From: Bdellovibrionota bacterium
Lineage (GTDB): Bacteria; Bdellovibrionota; UBA1018; CAIPTA01; JAALKR01
Assembly: GCA_965207455.1 (NCBI GenBank)
Contig: CBDBMJ010000001.1
Location: 32,001-96,000, forward strand
Direction of reading: 5' to 3'
DNA: 64,000 nucleotides
Both the position numbers and the translations under genes were made by a program. The stretch's first letter is position 1, and each line of letters starts with the position of its first letter. The notes under the pieces are model-generated. The model was not told the DNA's origin, did no database searches, and worked only from the letters and a program-made list of their open reading frames with translations. This document shows, in pieces, positions 49,589 to 59,378 of the stretch.

Positions 49589-50916
49589 TGAAGCAATTAT
49601 GGATTATCTGTGGCTTGTACTTCTTTTTTCTGGAGGTGGCATTTGGGCAAGTAGGAAAGCCACTCCTAAGGTTGGAGGTGGGAAAACCGCGCACCCAACG
49701 TTCCCAAATAGCATTTCCCCCTGTGCGCTATCTTCCTAAGTCAAAAGATCCTAAGGGGCATGTTCGTCTCACCCGTGATGTAATTGTGGAAGATCTTGCT
49801 TTCTCCGGTTTATTTACTTTTATCAGTCCAACTGCATTTTTAGAAAAAAAATCTGCTGGAGTGAAGTTAGGTGAATTTAAATTTTCCAACTGGAGTGCTA
49901 TCAATGCCCAGTTTTTAATTAAAACCACTGGAGAGGTAAAAGGAAAGAATATTTTCATGAATATATATTTGTATGCAGTGAATACGAAAAAAGAGCTTTT
50001 CTCTAAACGCTATATTTCCGTAGTGGGGTCAGTACGAAGATTGGCTCATACAATTGCAGGAGATATTTTTTATAAGCTCACAGGTATTAAGGCACCCTTC
50101 ACATCCAAGGTTGCTTTTGTGAGTGATAGAACAGGAAAAAAAGAAATTTATGTGATGGATTATGATGGTCATAATGTTATCCAAATTACTCGTCGGAGGT
50201 CGGTGGCCATGGGACCTGCATGGTCTCCAGATGGAAGGACTCTTCTCTTTTCCTCCATAACCAAAAATAAAAAGAATGTGGAAAATCATAATCTATTTAG
50301 CTACGGGCTGAGTACAGGAAAAATTCGCTTGCTTTCCAATCGTAAGGGCTTAAATGCGGGCGCTGATTATTCCCCCGATGGGAAAAAGATTGCACTTACC
50401 ATGAGCTTTTTACGGGGAAATCCAGATATATTTACCATGGATCCTAAAACAAGAAAGGCAACTCGATTAACGAGAGCTGCTGGCTCTGATGTGGACCCCA
50501 GTTGGAGTGCCGACGGGAAGAAAATTGCATTTATTTCGGATCGTTCGGGCAAGTCCATGGTTTATGTAATGGATAGTAACGGGAAAAACCAAAAACGAAT
50601 TACTTATGCAGGAGTTTACAATGCCACTCCCAGTTGGTCCCCCACTGGTAAGAAAATTGCTTTCGCTGGCTGGAAAGATAAGCATTTTGATATTTTTATT
50701 ATGAATGCTGATGGCACAAAAATTGAGCGCCTCACGAACAAATCAGGGAATAATGAAGACCCTCACTTTGCCTCTGATGGGTATTTTATTATTTACAGTT
50801 CCAATCGATTGGGGAAACGAAATCTTTATATTACAAATATCGATAATACCGTCCATCGCAGAATTACCCACAGGTCAGGGAATAATGAATCTCCCAAGTG
50901 GGGGCCGCCGTTGTAG
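49585..50916 (+). CDS. tolB: Tol-Pal beta-propeller protein TolB
   Basis: MDYDG and repeated PxWSPDG (PD40) motifs. Confidence 0.92.
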   Translation: MMKQLWIICGLYFFFLEVAFGQVGKPLLRLEVGKPRTQRSQIAFPPVRYLPKSKDPKGHVRLTRDVIVEDLAFSGLFTFISPTAFLEKKSAGVKLGEFKFSNWSAINAQFLIKTTGEVKGKNIFMNIYLYAVNTKKELFSKRYISVVGSVRRLAHTIAGDIFYKLTGIKAPFTSKVAFVSDRTGKKEIYVMDYDGHNVIQITRRRSVAMGPAWSPDGRTLLFSSITKNKKNVENHNLFSYGLSTGKIRLLSNRKGLNAGADYSPDGKKIALTMSFLRGNPDIFTMDPKTRKATRLTRAAGSDVDPSWSADGKKIAFISDRSGKSMVYVMDSNGKNQKRITYAGVYNATPSWSPTGKKIAFAGWKDKHFDIFIMNADGTKIERLTNKSGNNEDPHFASDGYFIIYSSNRLGKRNLYITNIDNTVHRRITHRSGNNESPKWGPPL

Positions 50917-50930
50917 TTATAACCACAACC

Positions 50931-51887
50931 ATGAATAATTACTTGCCTTGTCTCTTTCGGAAAATGTCCATATTATTTTTGTTATTGGTGCCTGCCTGTA
51001 GTATAAAAAATATTTCCCTCATTTCTGAGGACTTAGGCAAAATGGGAATTTCGAAAGCCGCAGAGAAAGAATTTAAAGTAAGCGAGACATCCCCGGAAAT
51101 TAAACAGGAAACTAAGCGAGTAAAAAAAACGTCCAGAAGAAAAAATAAATTTTCTTTTAGAAAAGAAAATAAAGGTAAGCTTCCCTTTCGCATTGGAGAG
51201 ACTTTGAGATTTTCAGCCACATTTTGGGGCTTAGAGGGAGGCACGCTGTATCTTAATGTATTGCCAACTAAACATATACGAGGGAGAGAGGCGTTGCATA
51301 TTCGAGCTAGAATAATATCCTCTCCCTTGCTGGGCTTATTTTATCGAATGGACAACACAATGGAGACTCTTATGGATCGGGAAGGTCTTTTTAGCCATAG
51401 GTTTCACTTGAAGCAAGATGAATCCAAAAAGAAAGTGGATCAAATTGAATTTTTCGACCAAGAAAAGCACCTTATTCATTATTGGAAAAAACAAGTTCAT
51501 AGAGAAAAAGGATTTAAACTTCGTCAATTTACAAAAAAAACAAAAGACTATGTACAGGATACCCTATCTGTTATGTACTATGTGCGTACCCTAGATTTAA
51601 AGGTAGGGGAGAAACATAAATTCCCCGTGGTTTCCAATGGGAAAACATGGGATATATCGGTGAATGTTTTACGAAAAGAAGAGATAGAAACCACGGTGGG
51701 CACTTTTCCTGCGATAGCCTTGGATATGGAAGCCTATTTCGAAGGTAAGCTAGAGAAAAAGAAAGAGACCTTGTTGTGGTTAAGTGATGATACCAATAGA
51801 TATATATTGCAGATGGAGATAAAAATTAAAATAGGCAGACTCACAGCTTACCTCGAGGAAATCCTTCATGGAACACGAAGCATCTAG
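50931..51887 (+). CDS. DUF3108-like exported protein, possible lipoprotein
   Basis: VPAC lipobox-like; PFRIGETL, D.LS..YYVR, E.IET.VGTF, WLSDD. Confidence 0.68.
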   Translation: MNNYLPCLFRKMSILFLLLVPACSIKNISLISEDLGKMGISKAAEKEFKVSETSPEIKQETKRVKKTSRRKNKFSFRKENKGKLPFRIGETLRFSATFWGLEGGTLYLNVLPTKHIRGREALHIRARIISSPLLGLFYRMDNTMETLMDREGLFSHRFHLKQDESKKKVDQIEFFDQEKHLIHYWKKQVHREKGFKLRQFTKKTKDYVQDTLSVMYYVRTLDLKVGEKHKFPVVSNGKTWDISVNVLRKEEIETTVGTFPAIALDMEAYFEGKLEKKKETLLWLSDDTNRYILQMEIKIKIGRLTAYLEEILHGTRSI

Positions 51888-52923
51888 AATTCTTGTTATC
51901 CAAACTGCCTTTATTGGAGATATTGTTCTGTGCACTTCTTTTCTGCGTTCCCTGCGCACACTTTTTCCAAAGGCAAGTATTTATTGTCTTACCACCAGTG
52001 CAGGCAAAAGCATTTTAGAAAACAATCCATGGGATGTGAAGATTTTGATATTTGATAAGCGGAAGAGTGAGAGTGGCCTGAGAGGCTTGTGGAGGAAAAT
52101 AAAGGAACTAAGGGAGTTAGACTTAGATATTGTCTATTGCTTGCACCGGTCGATTCGCTCCACTCTTTTAGCGTATTTTTCTCAAGCTAGGCGTATAGAG
52201 GGCTTTCAAGAAGGGGCGGCCTCCTGGCTTTTTCATGCCAAGGTTTCCCGCACATCGAAGCTCTATGAGGCAGAGAAAAATCAATTATTCCTAGACGCCA
52301 TAACGGGAAAAAATATTTCATCCCAAAGCTTATATCCAGAACTTGCCCACGGAATAGAGGATAAAGCCATGGGCGACACTTTGTTAAAACCCCTAGAAGG
52401 AAAACCGTTTCTAGCGATATGTCCTTGCTCCGTATGGCGAACGAAGCGTTGGCTGCCTGAGCGTTTTGCGGAAATTATCCACTGGGCATGGACCCAGCAT
52501 GAGCTTCCCTGTGTGCTGATTGGCTCTTCCATGGACTATGAAGTGGTACAAACTGTATTGGATGCCTATCCTGGACCACCTCCCAGCCCATGCCTGAATG
52601 TATGTGGAAAAACAAGCTTAGGAACCTTGAAATATATCTTAGGAAAGGCCAAAGCGGTGCTTTCCAACGATAGCGCTCCTCTACATATTGCTAACGCCAT
52701 GGGAGCGCCTGTGGTGGGTGTTTTTGGCCCCACTACCAAGGAACTGGGCTTTTTCCCCATGGCTCCTAAGGGCAGGGCTTTTGTGGCAGAGCTATCTCTT
52801 GCTTGCCGTCCTTGCGGAAAGCATGGGCACCAGAGCTGTCCTTTAGGTCATTTTCGTTGCATGGGCGAGCTTTCCACAGCAAGGGTTCAGTCCCTGCTTG
52901 GTGTTGTGCTGAGAGATTCATAA
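51868..52923 (+). CDS. Glycosyltransferase family 9, LPS heptosyltransferase II-like
   Basis: IQTAFIGD, TKRW, NDSAPLHIA, FGPT, CRPC..CPLGHFRCM. Confidence 0.88.
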   Translation: MEHEASRILVIQTAFIGDIVLCTSFLRSLRTLFPKASIYCLTTSAGKSILENNPWDVKILIFDKRKSESGLRGLWRKIKELRELDLDIVYCLHRSIRSTLLAYFSQARRIEGFQEGAASWLFHAKVSRTSKLYEAEKNQLFLDAITGKNISSQSLYPELAHGIEDKAMGDTLLKPLEGKPFLAICPCSVWRTKRWLPERFAEIIHWAWTQHELPCVLIGSSMDYEVVQTVLDAYPGPPPSPCLNVCGKTSLGTLKYILGKAKAVLSNDSAPLHIANAMGAPVVGVFGPTTKELGFFPMAPKGRAFVAELSLACRPCGKHGHQSCPLGHFRCMGELSTARVQSLLGVVLRDS

Positions 52924-52933
52924 TAGACAATGG

Positions 52934-53338
52934 CTAGGATAATTTTGCAGCTTTTTTCAATCGTTTTAGCATGTCTGGGGGAATGGAAACGCCGGTATTT
53001 TTTGCATGGGAGATCAGACTAGATATATAGGCCTTTCTGCTGGAAGGTTGAATCTGCTGAAACAGAAATTCCAAATCCATAGCGATAGATTTTTTAGGAG
53101 GTTCCACGCCCTTTTGTGCCAAGCTTGCCCGGCAACTTATCATTTGATTTATATCCAGTCCTAATTTTTTCCAGAGTAAGAGGAAGAGGTCTAGGCGTAG
53201 CATGGTATTTCCTTTTAGGAATCGATGTAGGGCAACTCTTGTAATTCCCGTAATACGCCCCAACTCCGATTGGGAGATATTACAGTTTTTTGCCATTTTT
53301 GCGGTAATGAGACCTGGGTGTTTTACTTTAAGTTGCAT
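52934..53338 (-). CDS. XRE-type HTH transcriptional regulator
   Basis: ISQSELGRITGITRVALHRFLKG. Confidence 0.72.
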   Translation of the reverse strand: MQLKVKHPGLITAKMAKNCNISQSELGRITGITRVALHRFLKGNTMLRLDLFLLLWKKLGLDINQMISCRASLAQKGVEPPKKSIAMDLEFLFQQIQPSSRKAYISSLISHAKNTGVSIPPDMLKRLKKAAKLS

Positions 53339-53363
53339 GGGTATAGTCTATTAGAACATGGAT

Positions 53364-53458
53364 AATATGTATATACCCGTATACTATTTTTTGATCACAA
53401 TAGTGCTTTTTTTCAATATGTATAGCTCCGTATACTATTTTTTCATCAGAATAGTTCT
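53364..53458. promoter_or_regulatory. Two 44-bp direct repeats (51-bp period), each with internal palindromes; operator-like
   Basis: 53364-53407 vs 53415-53458, 38/44 identical; each has GTATA..TATAC and ACTATT-N10-AATAGT. Confidence 0.65.
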
Positions 53459-53609
53459 AAATAGTGCTGTTTTTTCAGGCAGATATAAATAAGTTCCTTT
53501 TTTTACCCACTGGGATTAGAGCAGTCCTATTTTTATGTTGCATTGCATTAACATGGGTGGTATTACTGTATGTGAAAGAAACGAAAACAATAGAACAAAG
53601 GAGGCAACA

Positions 53610-54158
53610 TTGAGAACGCAAACAATAGAAAAAAATAATATGTACCCTTTAGGTATAAAGGATACAAGTACGAGTAATGAAAAAGACATGAGTGTTTTTT
53701 CCAATAGCTGGGAATGTAGGGCCATCGATCAATATCTTACAAGTAAGATTGCTGATCCATCTACAGAAAAAATAGCAAGCTATTTTGGTTTAAGCCAAGA
53801 GGAAACGCTGAGGTCATTGCAGGTGCTGGAGCGCCTGAAAATAACTAAACAAAAACCGGATGGAACATGGGGGCCTGATGATATTGCAAAAAATGTAAAA
53901 ACAATGCTAGGAAAGAGAGCACAGTTTGAAGCCCATAGAATATCAACAGCAGAAATCACTACGAAAATGGAGAATATAAAAAATTCGAAATTTTCCAGTT
54001 CCTATTTCATCATGAGTAGAGACAGGCTGAAAACCTATCTCAAGAAAACAAATGAGTTGTTTAAACAATTATCGTTACACGATGAAGAAGATAGCAAGAA
54101 ACCACAGGAAATATTTGCGCTTTCTTTCTCATTGGTAAGTTTAAAAAATAACAAGTAA
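53610..54158 (+). CDS. DUF4423-like protein (C-terminal part of TIGR02147-type family)
   Basis: AAGGAGG RBS + TTG; W..AI, IA..FGLS..E...SL..LERL, H, FSS, K...F, FALSFSL pattern. Confidence 0.6.
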   Translation: MRTQTIEKNNMYPLGIKDTSTSNEKDMSVFSNSWECRAIDQYLTSKIADPSTEKIASYFGLSQEETLRSLQVLERLKITKQKPDGTWGPDDIAKNVKTMLGKRAQFEAHRISTAEITTKMENIKNSKFSSSYFIMSRDRLKTYLKKTNELFKQLSLHDEEDSKKPQEIFALSFSLVSLKNNK

Positions 54159-54169
54159 AGGTGGATATA

Positions 54170-54382
54170 ATGAATAAAATAATAATAATAATCGCAATAG
54201 CAACCCTTAACCTACCGAACGCATTTGCTGGAGGCAAGGAAGATTTTGTTACAGGAGGTGGGCTTGGTTTAGTAAATCAAAGTCATGTACAAGTACAGGA
54301 TTATGTACAAAATCAAGCACAGGGTCATGTACAAAATCAAGCACAGGATAAAGCGAATGATGAGCCAAGCAATCCCTGGTAG
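54170..54382 (+). CDS. Small secreted Gln-rich peptide (70 aa)
   Basis: Signal peptide ending AFA; VQNQAQ repeated with 24-bp period. Confidence 0.65.
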   Translation: MNKIIIIIAIATLNLPNAFAGGKEDFVTGGGLGLVNQSHVQVQDYVQNQAQGHVQNQAQDKANDEPSNPW

Positions 54383-54440
54383 TCTTGATTATTGGTGGTC
54401 TTGATCACTGGATATATGGTGCTGGATAGAATAAAAAAGC

Positions 54441-54950
54441 TTACTCTTGTGTGGAGCTGGAAAATAAAACCTCGGTGAGGTCATATTCCACATCTGCCGT
54501 AGAGGATCCATTGGCAATAGATATTTCCTGGATTAATAGTTTTTTTGTTATGTTCAGTACCTCTCTTTCACTAAAGCTTAGGGTTTTAAGGTTTTTTAGG
54601 AGGAAGAGGTTTCTTAGTACCTCTGCAACTTCTACGAGGGATCCTGTTTGGATTTTTTCCATATACCTTCGGCTTCGACTATTCCAATTGGACTGGTCCA
54701 CACTGGGATCTTTTTTCTTTAGGGTCTCAAATATATCATTGATGTCTTTGGCAGAGGCAAGAGAGCGCATACCTATACTGGTGGCTCTATCTTGAGAGAC
54801 CATAATATTCATTTTGTTGTTTTTTAGTCGAATGGTGTAGAATTTATGGGTCTTTCCTCCCACTTCTTTTTCTGTGATTTTTTGGATCACACCCACACCG
54901 TAGACAGGATATGCCACATGGTCTCCAATATTAAAAATTGCTACTGTCAT
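54441..54950 (-). CDS. carD: CarD/CdnL family RNA-polymerase-binding regulator
   Basis: FNIGDHVAYP.YGVG, W..R.R...KI.TG, EVAEVLRNL, LSFSER. Confidence 0.88.
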   Translation of the reverse strand: MTVAIFNIGDHVAYPVYGVGVIQKITEKEVGGKTHKFYTIRLKNNKMNIMVSQDRATSIGMRSLASAKDINDIFETLKKKDPSVDQSNWNSRSRRYMEKIQTGSLVEVAEVLRNLFLLKNLKTLSFSEREVLNITKKLLIQEISIANGSSTADVEYDLTEVLFSSSTQE

Positions 54951-55178
54951 TTTTCTCTCCTCCTTCCCATAGACGAGCCGCGCAATCCTGATATTTCAAT
55001 AATATTAGGCACATAGCTTCATCATATAACACATTGTACCATATACAATCATTTTTGTCAACTTTATTTACGTCTATTCTATAGACAGCCGAATTGACTC
55101 ACAAAAATTGCAGCACAGGGCCGTTCTGGGCACTCTGGAGTGGGAAGAGAAGCGCAGTTAGGGACAGGTTTTGCCACT

Positions 55179-57518
55179 CTATTGAGGTGACAGAACCTCC
55201 CAGTCCTCTTTCTTCCAGGCGGGTTGTTCTCCCATATAAACCTGAATATGGTGAAATTCGTCTTTCTTAATGGTCGATTTTTTTTTAGGATATCCAAACT
55301 CTCTATCATAGTGTGGCTGGTTTGTTAGTGTCGCAACTCCATCTTTTATTTCCAGTACATATCTTATCACCTGTTCATGTTCATTTAATTGGGTTACATT
55401 TCCAAGCGGTAGCTTTTTAATGCGTTTCCTCCAATTTGTTTTCTCCCATGTATCTATAAGGACAGCTTGATACTCCCTAATTTCTCCAGCATTATATTTA
55501 GCTTGAAAATTATATAGATTCTCGTATGCTAGATTTTCTAGATCTGTCTCCTTTTTTCCCATCAATCTCACAAGACCGAGCTCAAGAACTTTTGGTTCTA
55601 TTAGTAATTCGCCATGGTCAAATCTTACTATTTTTAATTTTCTACCTGATGTTTGAAAAATCTGTGCAGGATCTAAAAACGCCAAAGAATCTTTATGACT
55701 TTTTGGCATAATAGCAGTTGACATGCGAACAAATTTACCGTCAATTTCTCCAGCATTATGGAGCTCCACTATTTTATCGATATACTCAAATTGACTAATA
55801 GATTTTTTGTTTACACGAATAAGGGATATGTTTTTTGGAGTTATTTTCATTTCATGAATAGAATCTTTATATGGGAATACGAGATTACGACTTTCATGCA
55901 TGCTTGTATCCATCGCAAGAAGTAATGTATTCCTACCAAAAAGTTTTTTATTAATTTGAATAACCTTTGCATATTCCGATATCCCATTGTATGTATCTAT
56001 GCTGATATACCGATTGTCTCCAGTAATCTTTCCAGACAAAAGGGCTTGCCAAAAAATCTCATAGTCATTTGTAGGCTTTTGATTGGGATTTTTACGGAAT
56101 TTAGAATAGCTTTTTAACTTTGCTAATTTAAATAAACGTTCAAGAATAGGATTCGTTAGCTTGTCAAGCCAAGCTTTTTCATTAATTGTGACATGCACTT
56201 CTTTTGATTTCTTATATTTCTTATAAGTTAACAATTTGAGAATGTGGTATGCATTTTCAAATTTTATTGTTTGAAATTCGCTATCCCTAGTTACCATATC
56301 TTGAATTTCACTCCTGATAGTAGATAAAATTTTTGTAAAATAAGGATCATGGCTTTTATCGGCGCGTAGTATTGTCTTATAATAAAAGTTAGTAGCGTCC
56401 TCGATTTTTTTCTTACTAGTCGACTCAGGGTTTTCCATCGATTTTTTTCGCTCTTCAACAATACGTTTCGTTTCTGCCTCTACATTCTGATTATTTTTTG
56501 CTTGCTCTTTCTCTCTCTCCTTTTCTTGGTATGCAAGTGCTTTAGTGTGCGCCTGAATTAATTCCTTTTCAGAAACCCCTTGAATTTTTGCTATCTTGAG
56601 TAAGAACTCAAAAGATCCTTGTTCAGAATCTCCTAGTATTTTTAGAAGTTTATGCCTGTTGGTAGGAAGAAAAATCTGTAATATAGTATCTACAACCTGA
56701 CCACCGCCTTTAAGATTTCTTGATATACTTTCGTAATAGTTTTCAATAATACGTTTCGTTTCTGTCTCTACCTTATTTTGATTATTTTTTGCTTGCTCTT
56801 TCTCTCTCTCCTTTTCTTGGTATGCAAGTGCTTTAGTGTGCGCCTGAATTAATTCCTTTTCAGAAACCCCTTGAATTTTTGCTATCTTGAGTAAGAACTC
56901 AAAAGATACTTGTTCAGAATCTCCTAGTATTTTTAGAAGTTTATGCCTGTTGGTAGGAAGAAAAATCTGTAATATAGTATCTACAACCTGACCACCGCCT
57001 TTAAGATTTCTTGATATACTTTCGTAATAGTTTTCAATAATACGTTTCGTTTCTGTCTCTACCTTATTTTGATTATTTTTTGCCTGCTCTTTCTCCCTTT
57101 CTCGTTTTGCTGCTACCCTCTCCTTCATCTCGGTTAGTTTTTGATTAGTAATTCCTTGAACTCTCGCTATTTCATTTAAAAGATCCATTAATACCTTTTC
57201 TGAACCCTCAGATTTTATTTGTCTAGATTCAGGATTTTTCAGCATTTTCAAAAGTCGATTCTTGTAGGTAGGGGAAAAAAACTGTAATATAATTTTGCTA
57301 GTTTGACCTCCACCCTCAATTTTTCTAGATATCCTTTCGTAAAGGTCTTGAATAACATCTGCCATTTCTTTCACATGCTGGTTACTTACAGCATCTTTTC
57401 TTCTTTGCTCCATTTCACGCTCTGATTTTTTCGCAGGCTTTGATCTTTGTGCTTCCACACTTTTAGCAAAGCTGATAGAGATAAGTCCTGCCAGTAGATA
57501 GTGTTTAATATTTTTCAT
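55179..57518 (-). CDS. Large secreted hypothetical protein with 97-aa tandem repeats
   Basis: AAGGAG RBS, signal peptide ending VEA; 779 aa; AT-rich. Confidence 0.8.
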   Translation of the reverse strand: MKNIKHYLLAGLISISFAKSVEAQRSKPAKKSEREMEQRRKDAVSNQHVKEMADVIQDLYERISRKIEGGGQTSKIILQFFSPTYKNRLLKMLKNPESRQIKSEGSEKVLMDLLNEIARVQGITNQKLTEMKERVAAKREREKEQAKNNQNKVETETKRIIENYYESISRNLKGGGQVVDTILQIFLPTNRHKLLKILGDSEQVSFEFLLKIAKIQGVSEKELIQAHTKALAYQEKEREKEQAKNNQNKVETETKRIIENYYESISRNLKGGGQVVDTILQIFLPTNRHKLLKILGDSEQGSFEFLLKIAKIQGVSEKELIQAHTKALAYQEKEREKEQAKNNQNVEAETKRIVEERKKSMENPESTSKKKIEDATNFYYKTILRADKSHDPYFTKILSTIRSEIQDMVTRDSEFQTIKFENAYHILKLLTYKKYKKSKEVHVTINEKAWLDKLTNPILERLFKLAKLKSYSKFRKNPNQKPTNDYEIFWQALLSGKITGDNRYISIDTYNGISEYAKVIQINKKLFGRNTLLLAMDTSMHESRNLVFPYKDSIHEMKITPKNISLIRVNKKSISQFEYIDKIVELHNAGEIDGKFVRMSTAIMPKSHKDSLAFLDPAQIFQTSGRKLKIVRFDHGELLIEPKVLELGLVRLMGKKETDLENLAYENLYNFQAKYNAGEIREYQAVLIDTWEKTNWRKRIKKLPLGNVTQLNEHEQVIRYVLEIKDGVATLTNQPHYDREFGYPKKKSTIKKDEFHHIQVYMGEQPAWKKEDWEVLSPQ
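56458..57098. repeat. 291-bp intragenic tandem repeat (about 2.2 near-identical units)
   Basis: Offset 291 nt (e.g. 56531 vs 56822); the two full units differ at GATCCT/GATACT (G/V). Confidence 0.95.
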
Positions 57519-57554
57519 TTTCTTTTCTCCTTTGTTACCGTAGTTGATTGATGC

Positions 57555-57583
57555 ACTATACCAGAATAAATCAGTTTTATCAA
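57555..57583 (-). promoter_or_regulatory. Putative sigma70 promoter of the repeat protein
   Basis: TTGATA-17 nt-TATAGT. Confidence 0.55.
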
Positions 57584-57703
57584 GTGTTAATTTGACTATT
57601 TTTATCTGAAATTTATAAATTATTGGTTTTATTCAATTAATTCAGTTTTCTCTTTTGCCCTCTGCTTCGTTCCTTGCTTGAATCGAGGATCCGAAACACA
57701 GGG

Positions 57704-59290
57704 CTATAGGATGGTGTCCTTTTGGAATAGGGGGTCTGTATGGGGGTGATCCAGGTTTTGGTGGAGTCCGCGGCTTTCTTTGCGCATTTGAGCTGAGGTG
57801 ATAATGAGTTGGGCGATGGTCGCAATATTACGTAGTTCGATTAAATTTTTAGATAGGTAGCGCTCCCAGTAATTTTGTTGAACCTCTTGGGCTATGAGGG
57901 ATAGCCTCCGGGAAGCGTAGCCTAGTCGACGGTCGGTTCGCACAATTCCTACGTAATTCCACATCAGCGTGCGAATTTCGTCCCAGCAGTGTCGGATGAT
58001 AATCTTTTCTTCTCCCTTTTGGGCAAAGCCATGATCCCAGGCAGGGATTTTTTTTTGGGAGTGGTGAATATGGGAACAGGCAGTTTTGGCAGCACGGGTG
58101 GAGAATACGAGGGACTCCAAAAGAGAGTTGGAGGCTAGGCGGTTAGCTCCATGAAACCCAGTATGGGCCACCTCCCCAGCAGCTAGGAGTGATCCTATAT
58201 TGGTCTCTCCATTTTCATTTGTCATCAAACCCCCACAGGTATAGTGAGCAGCAGGAACCACAGGTATGGGTTCTTGGGTGAGGTCGAATCCAAACTTTTT
58301 GCAAGTTTCGTAGTTATGGGGAAAACACTCTCGAATAAAGGAAGTGCCTTTGTGACGAATATCTAAGTACACACATTCATTTCCCGTGCGCTTCATTTCT
58401 TTATCGATGGAAAGGGATACTACGTCCCTGGGAGCTAGTTCCTTTTGGGGATGGTATTTTTCCATAAATCGCTCCCCTTTGGAATTGACTAGAAAGGCAC
58501 CTTCTCCTCGGAGAGCTTCACTTAGGAGAGAGTTTTTGGCTTGGGGATGGTATAGGCAGGTGGGGTGGAATTGGGTGAATTCCATATTGGCTACTCTGGC
58601 ACCACAGCGGTAGGCCATGGCGATTCCGTCGCCCGTATTGGTATCCGGGTTGGAGGTGTATTTATATACCTTGCTGGCACCGCCGGTAGCTAGAAATGTA
58701 ACTTTGGCTTCGATGGGAAATACTTTTTTTTTCTTCGTATGGAAAAAATAAGCGCCTTGGCAGGTATTTGTTTCTGTGTCTTTCACCAAGTCTATGGCAA
58801 TGGAGTGGAAGAGAATATGAATATTTTTTTGTTCTTTCAGTTGGGAGATGAGGGAGTTCACAATGGTTTGACCAGTGCGATCAGCGGCGTGGAAGATTCT
58901 CCGAAAGGAGTGGCCTCCTTCTAGGGTGAGGTCGTAGGGGCTTGTGTGATCCGCCTTGGTGGTGGTGAACTGTACACCCTGGTCAATAAGGTTTTTAATG
59001 GCAGCGGGCCCCTCTTGGACACAATTTCGCACTACCTCTGAGTCACAAAGCCCTGCACCTGCTTTTTTTGTGTCCTCTACATGTGCGTTAAAAGAATCTT
59101 CTAAAGAAAAGACAGAAGCAATTCCACCTTGGGCAAGGTTAGTGGTAGAATGTTCTAGAGCCGAAGTTTTTGTGACGATGGTAATTTTCAGTTCAGGGTT
59201 CGTTTTCGACAGTGTTAGAGCAAAGTTGAGTCCCGACAACCCAGACCCAATTACTAAGACATCACTATAAATTTCGTGCGGAAAGTCCAT
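57704..59290 (-). CDS. nadB: L-aspartate oxidase
   Basis: IGSGLSG, AQGGIA, EGGHS.RRI.H, QFHPT, PAAHYTCGG, HGANRLASNSL, ESRGLH. Confidence 0.95.
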   Translation of the reverse strand: MDFPHEIYSDVLVIGSGLSGLNFALTLSKTNPELKITIVTKTSALEHSTTNLAQGGIASVFSLEDSFNAHVEDTKKAGAGLCDSEVVRNCVQEGPAAIKNLIDQGVQFTTTKADHTSPYDLTLEGGHSFRRIFHAADRTGQTIVNSLISQLKEQKNIHILFHSIAIDLVKDTETNTCQGAYFFHTKKKKVFPIEAKVTFLATGGASKVYKYTSNPDTNTGDGIAMAYRCGARVANMEFTQFHPTCLYHPQAKNSLLSEALRGEGAFLVNSKGERFMEKYHPQKELAPRDVVSLSIDKEMKRTGNECVYLDIRHKGTSFIRECFPHNYETCKKFGFDLTQEPIPVVPAAHYTCGGLMTNENGETNIGSLLAAGEVAHTGFHGANRLASNSLLESLVFSTRAAKTACSHIHHSQKKIPAWDHGFAQKGEEKIIIRHCWDEIRTLMWNYVGIVRTDRRLGYASRRLSLIAQEVQQNYWERYLSKNLIELRNIATIAQLIITSAQMRKESRGLHQNLDHPHTDPLFQKDTIL

Positions 59291-59378
59291 GCTCCCTTGT
59301 ATAATAAGACTGCTGGGAATAGTAGTCTATTGATAGGGATAGCTGTGGATAAGGGGATAGGGGATATAGGGGGTATAT

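Noticed and set aside
53364..53458. Possible mini-CRISPR
   Set aside because: Two repeats with a 7-nt gap, no spacer-length intervals and no cas genes
55081..55178. GC-richer intergenic stretch as tRNA/ncRNA
   Set aside because: No cloverleaf, T-loop or recognisable RNA motif
55114..57704. 8-bp CACAGGGC flanking the repeat-protein gene as a target-site duplication
   Set aside because: Short enough to occur by chance; no mobility gene
59344..59352. Perfect DnaA box TGTGGATAA in the nadB divergent promoter
   Set aside because: Single box, others occur inside genes, and there is no cluster indicating oriC
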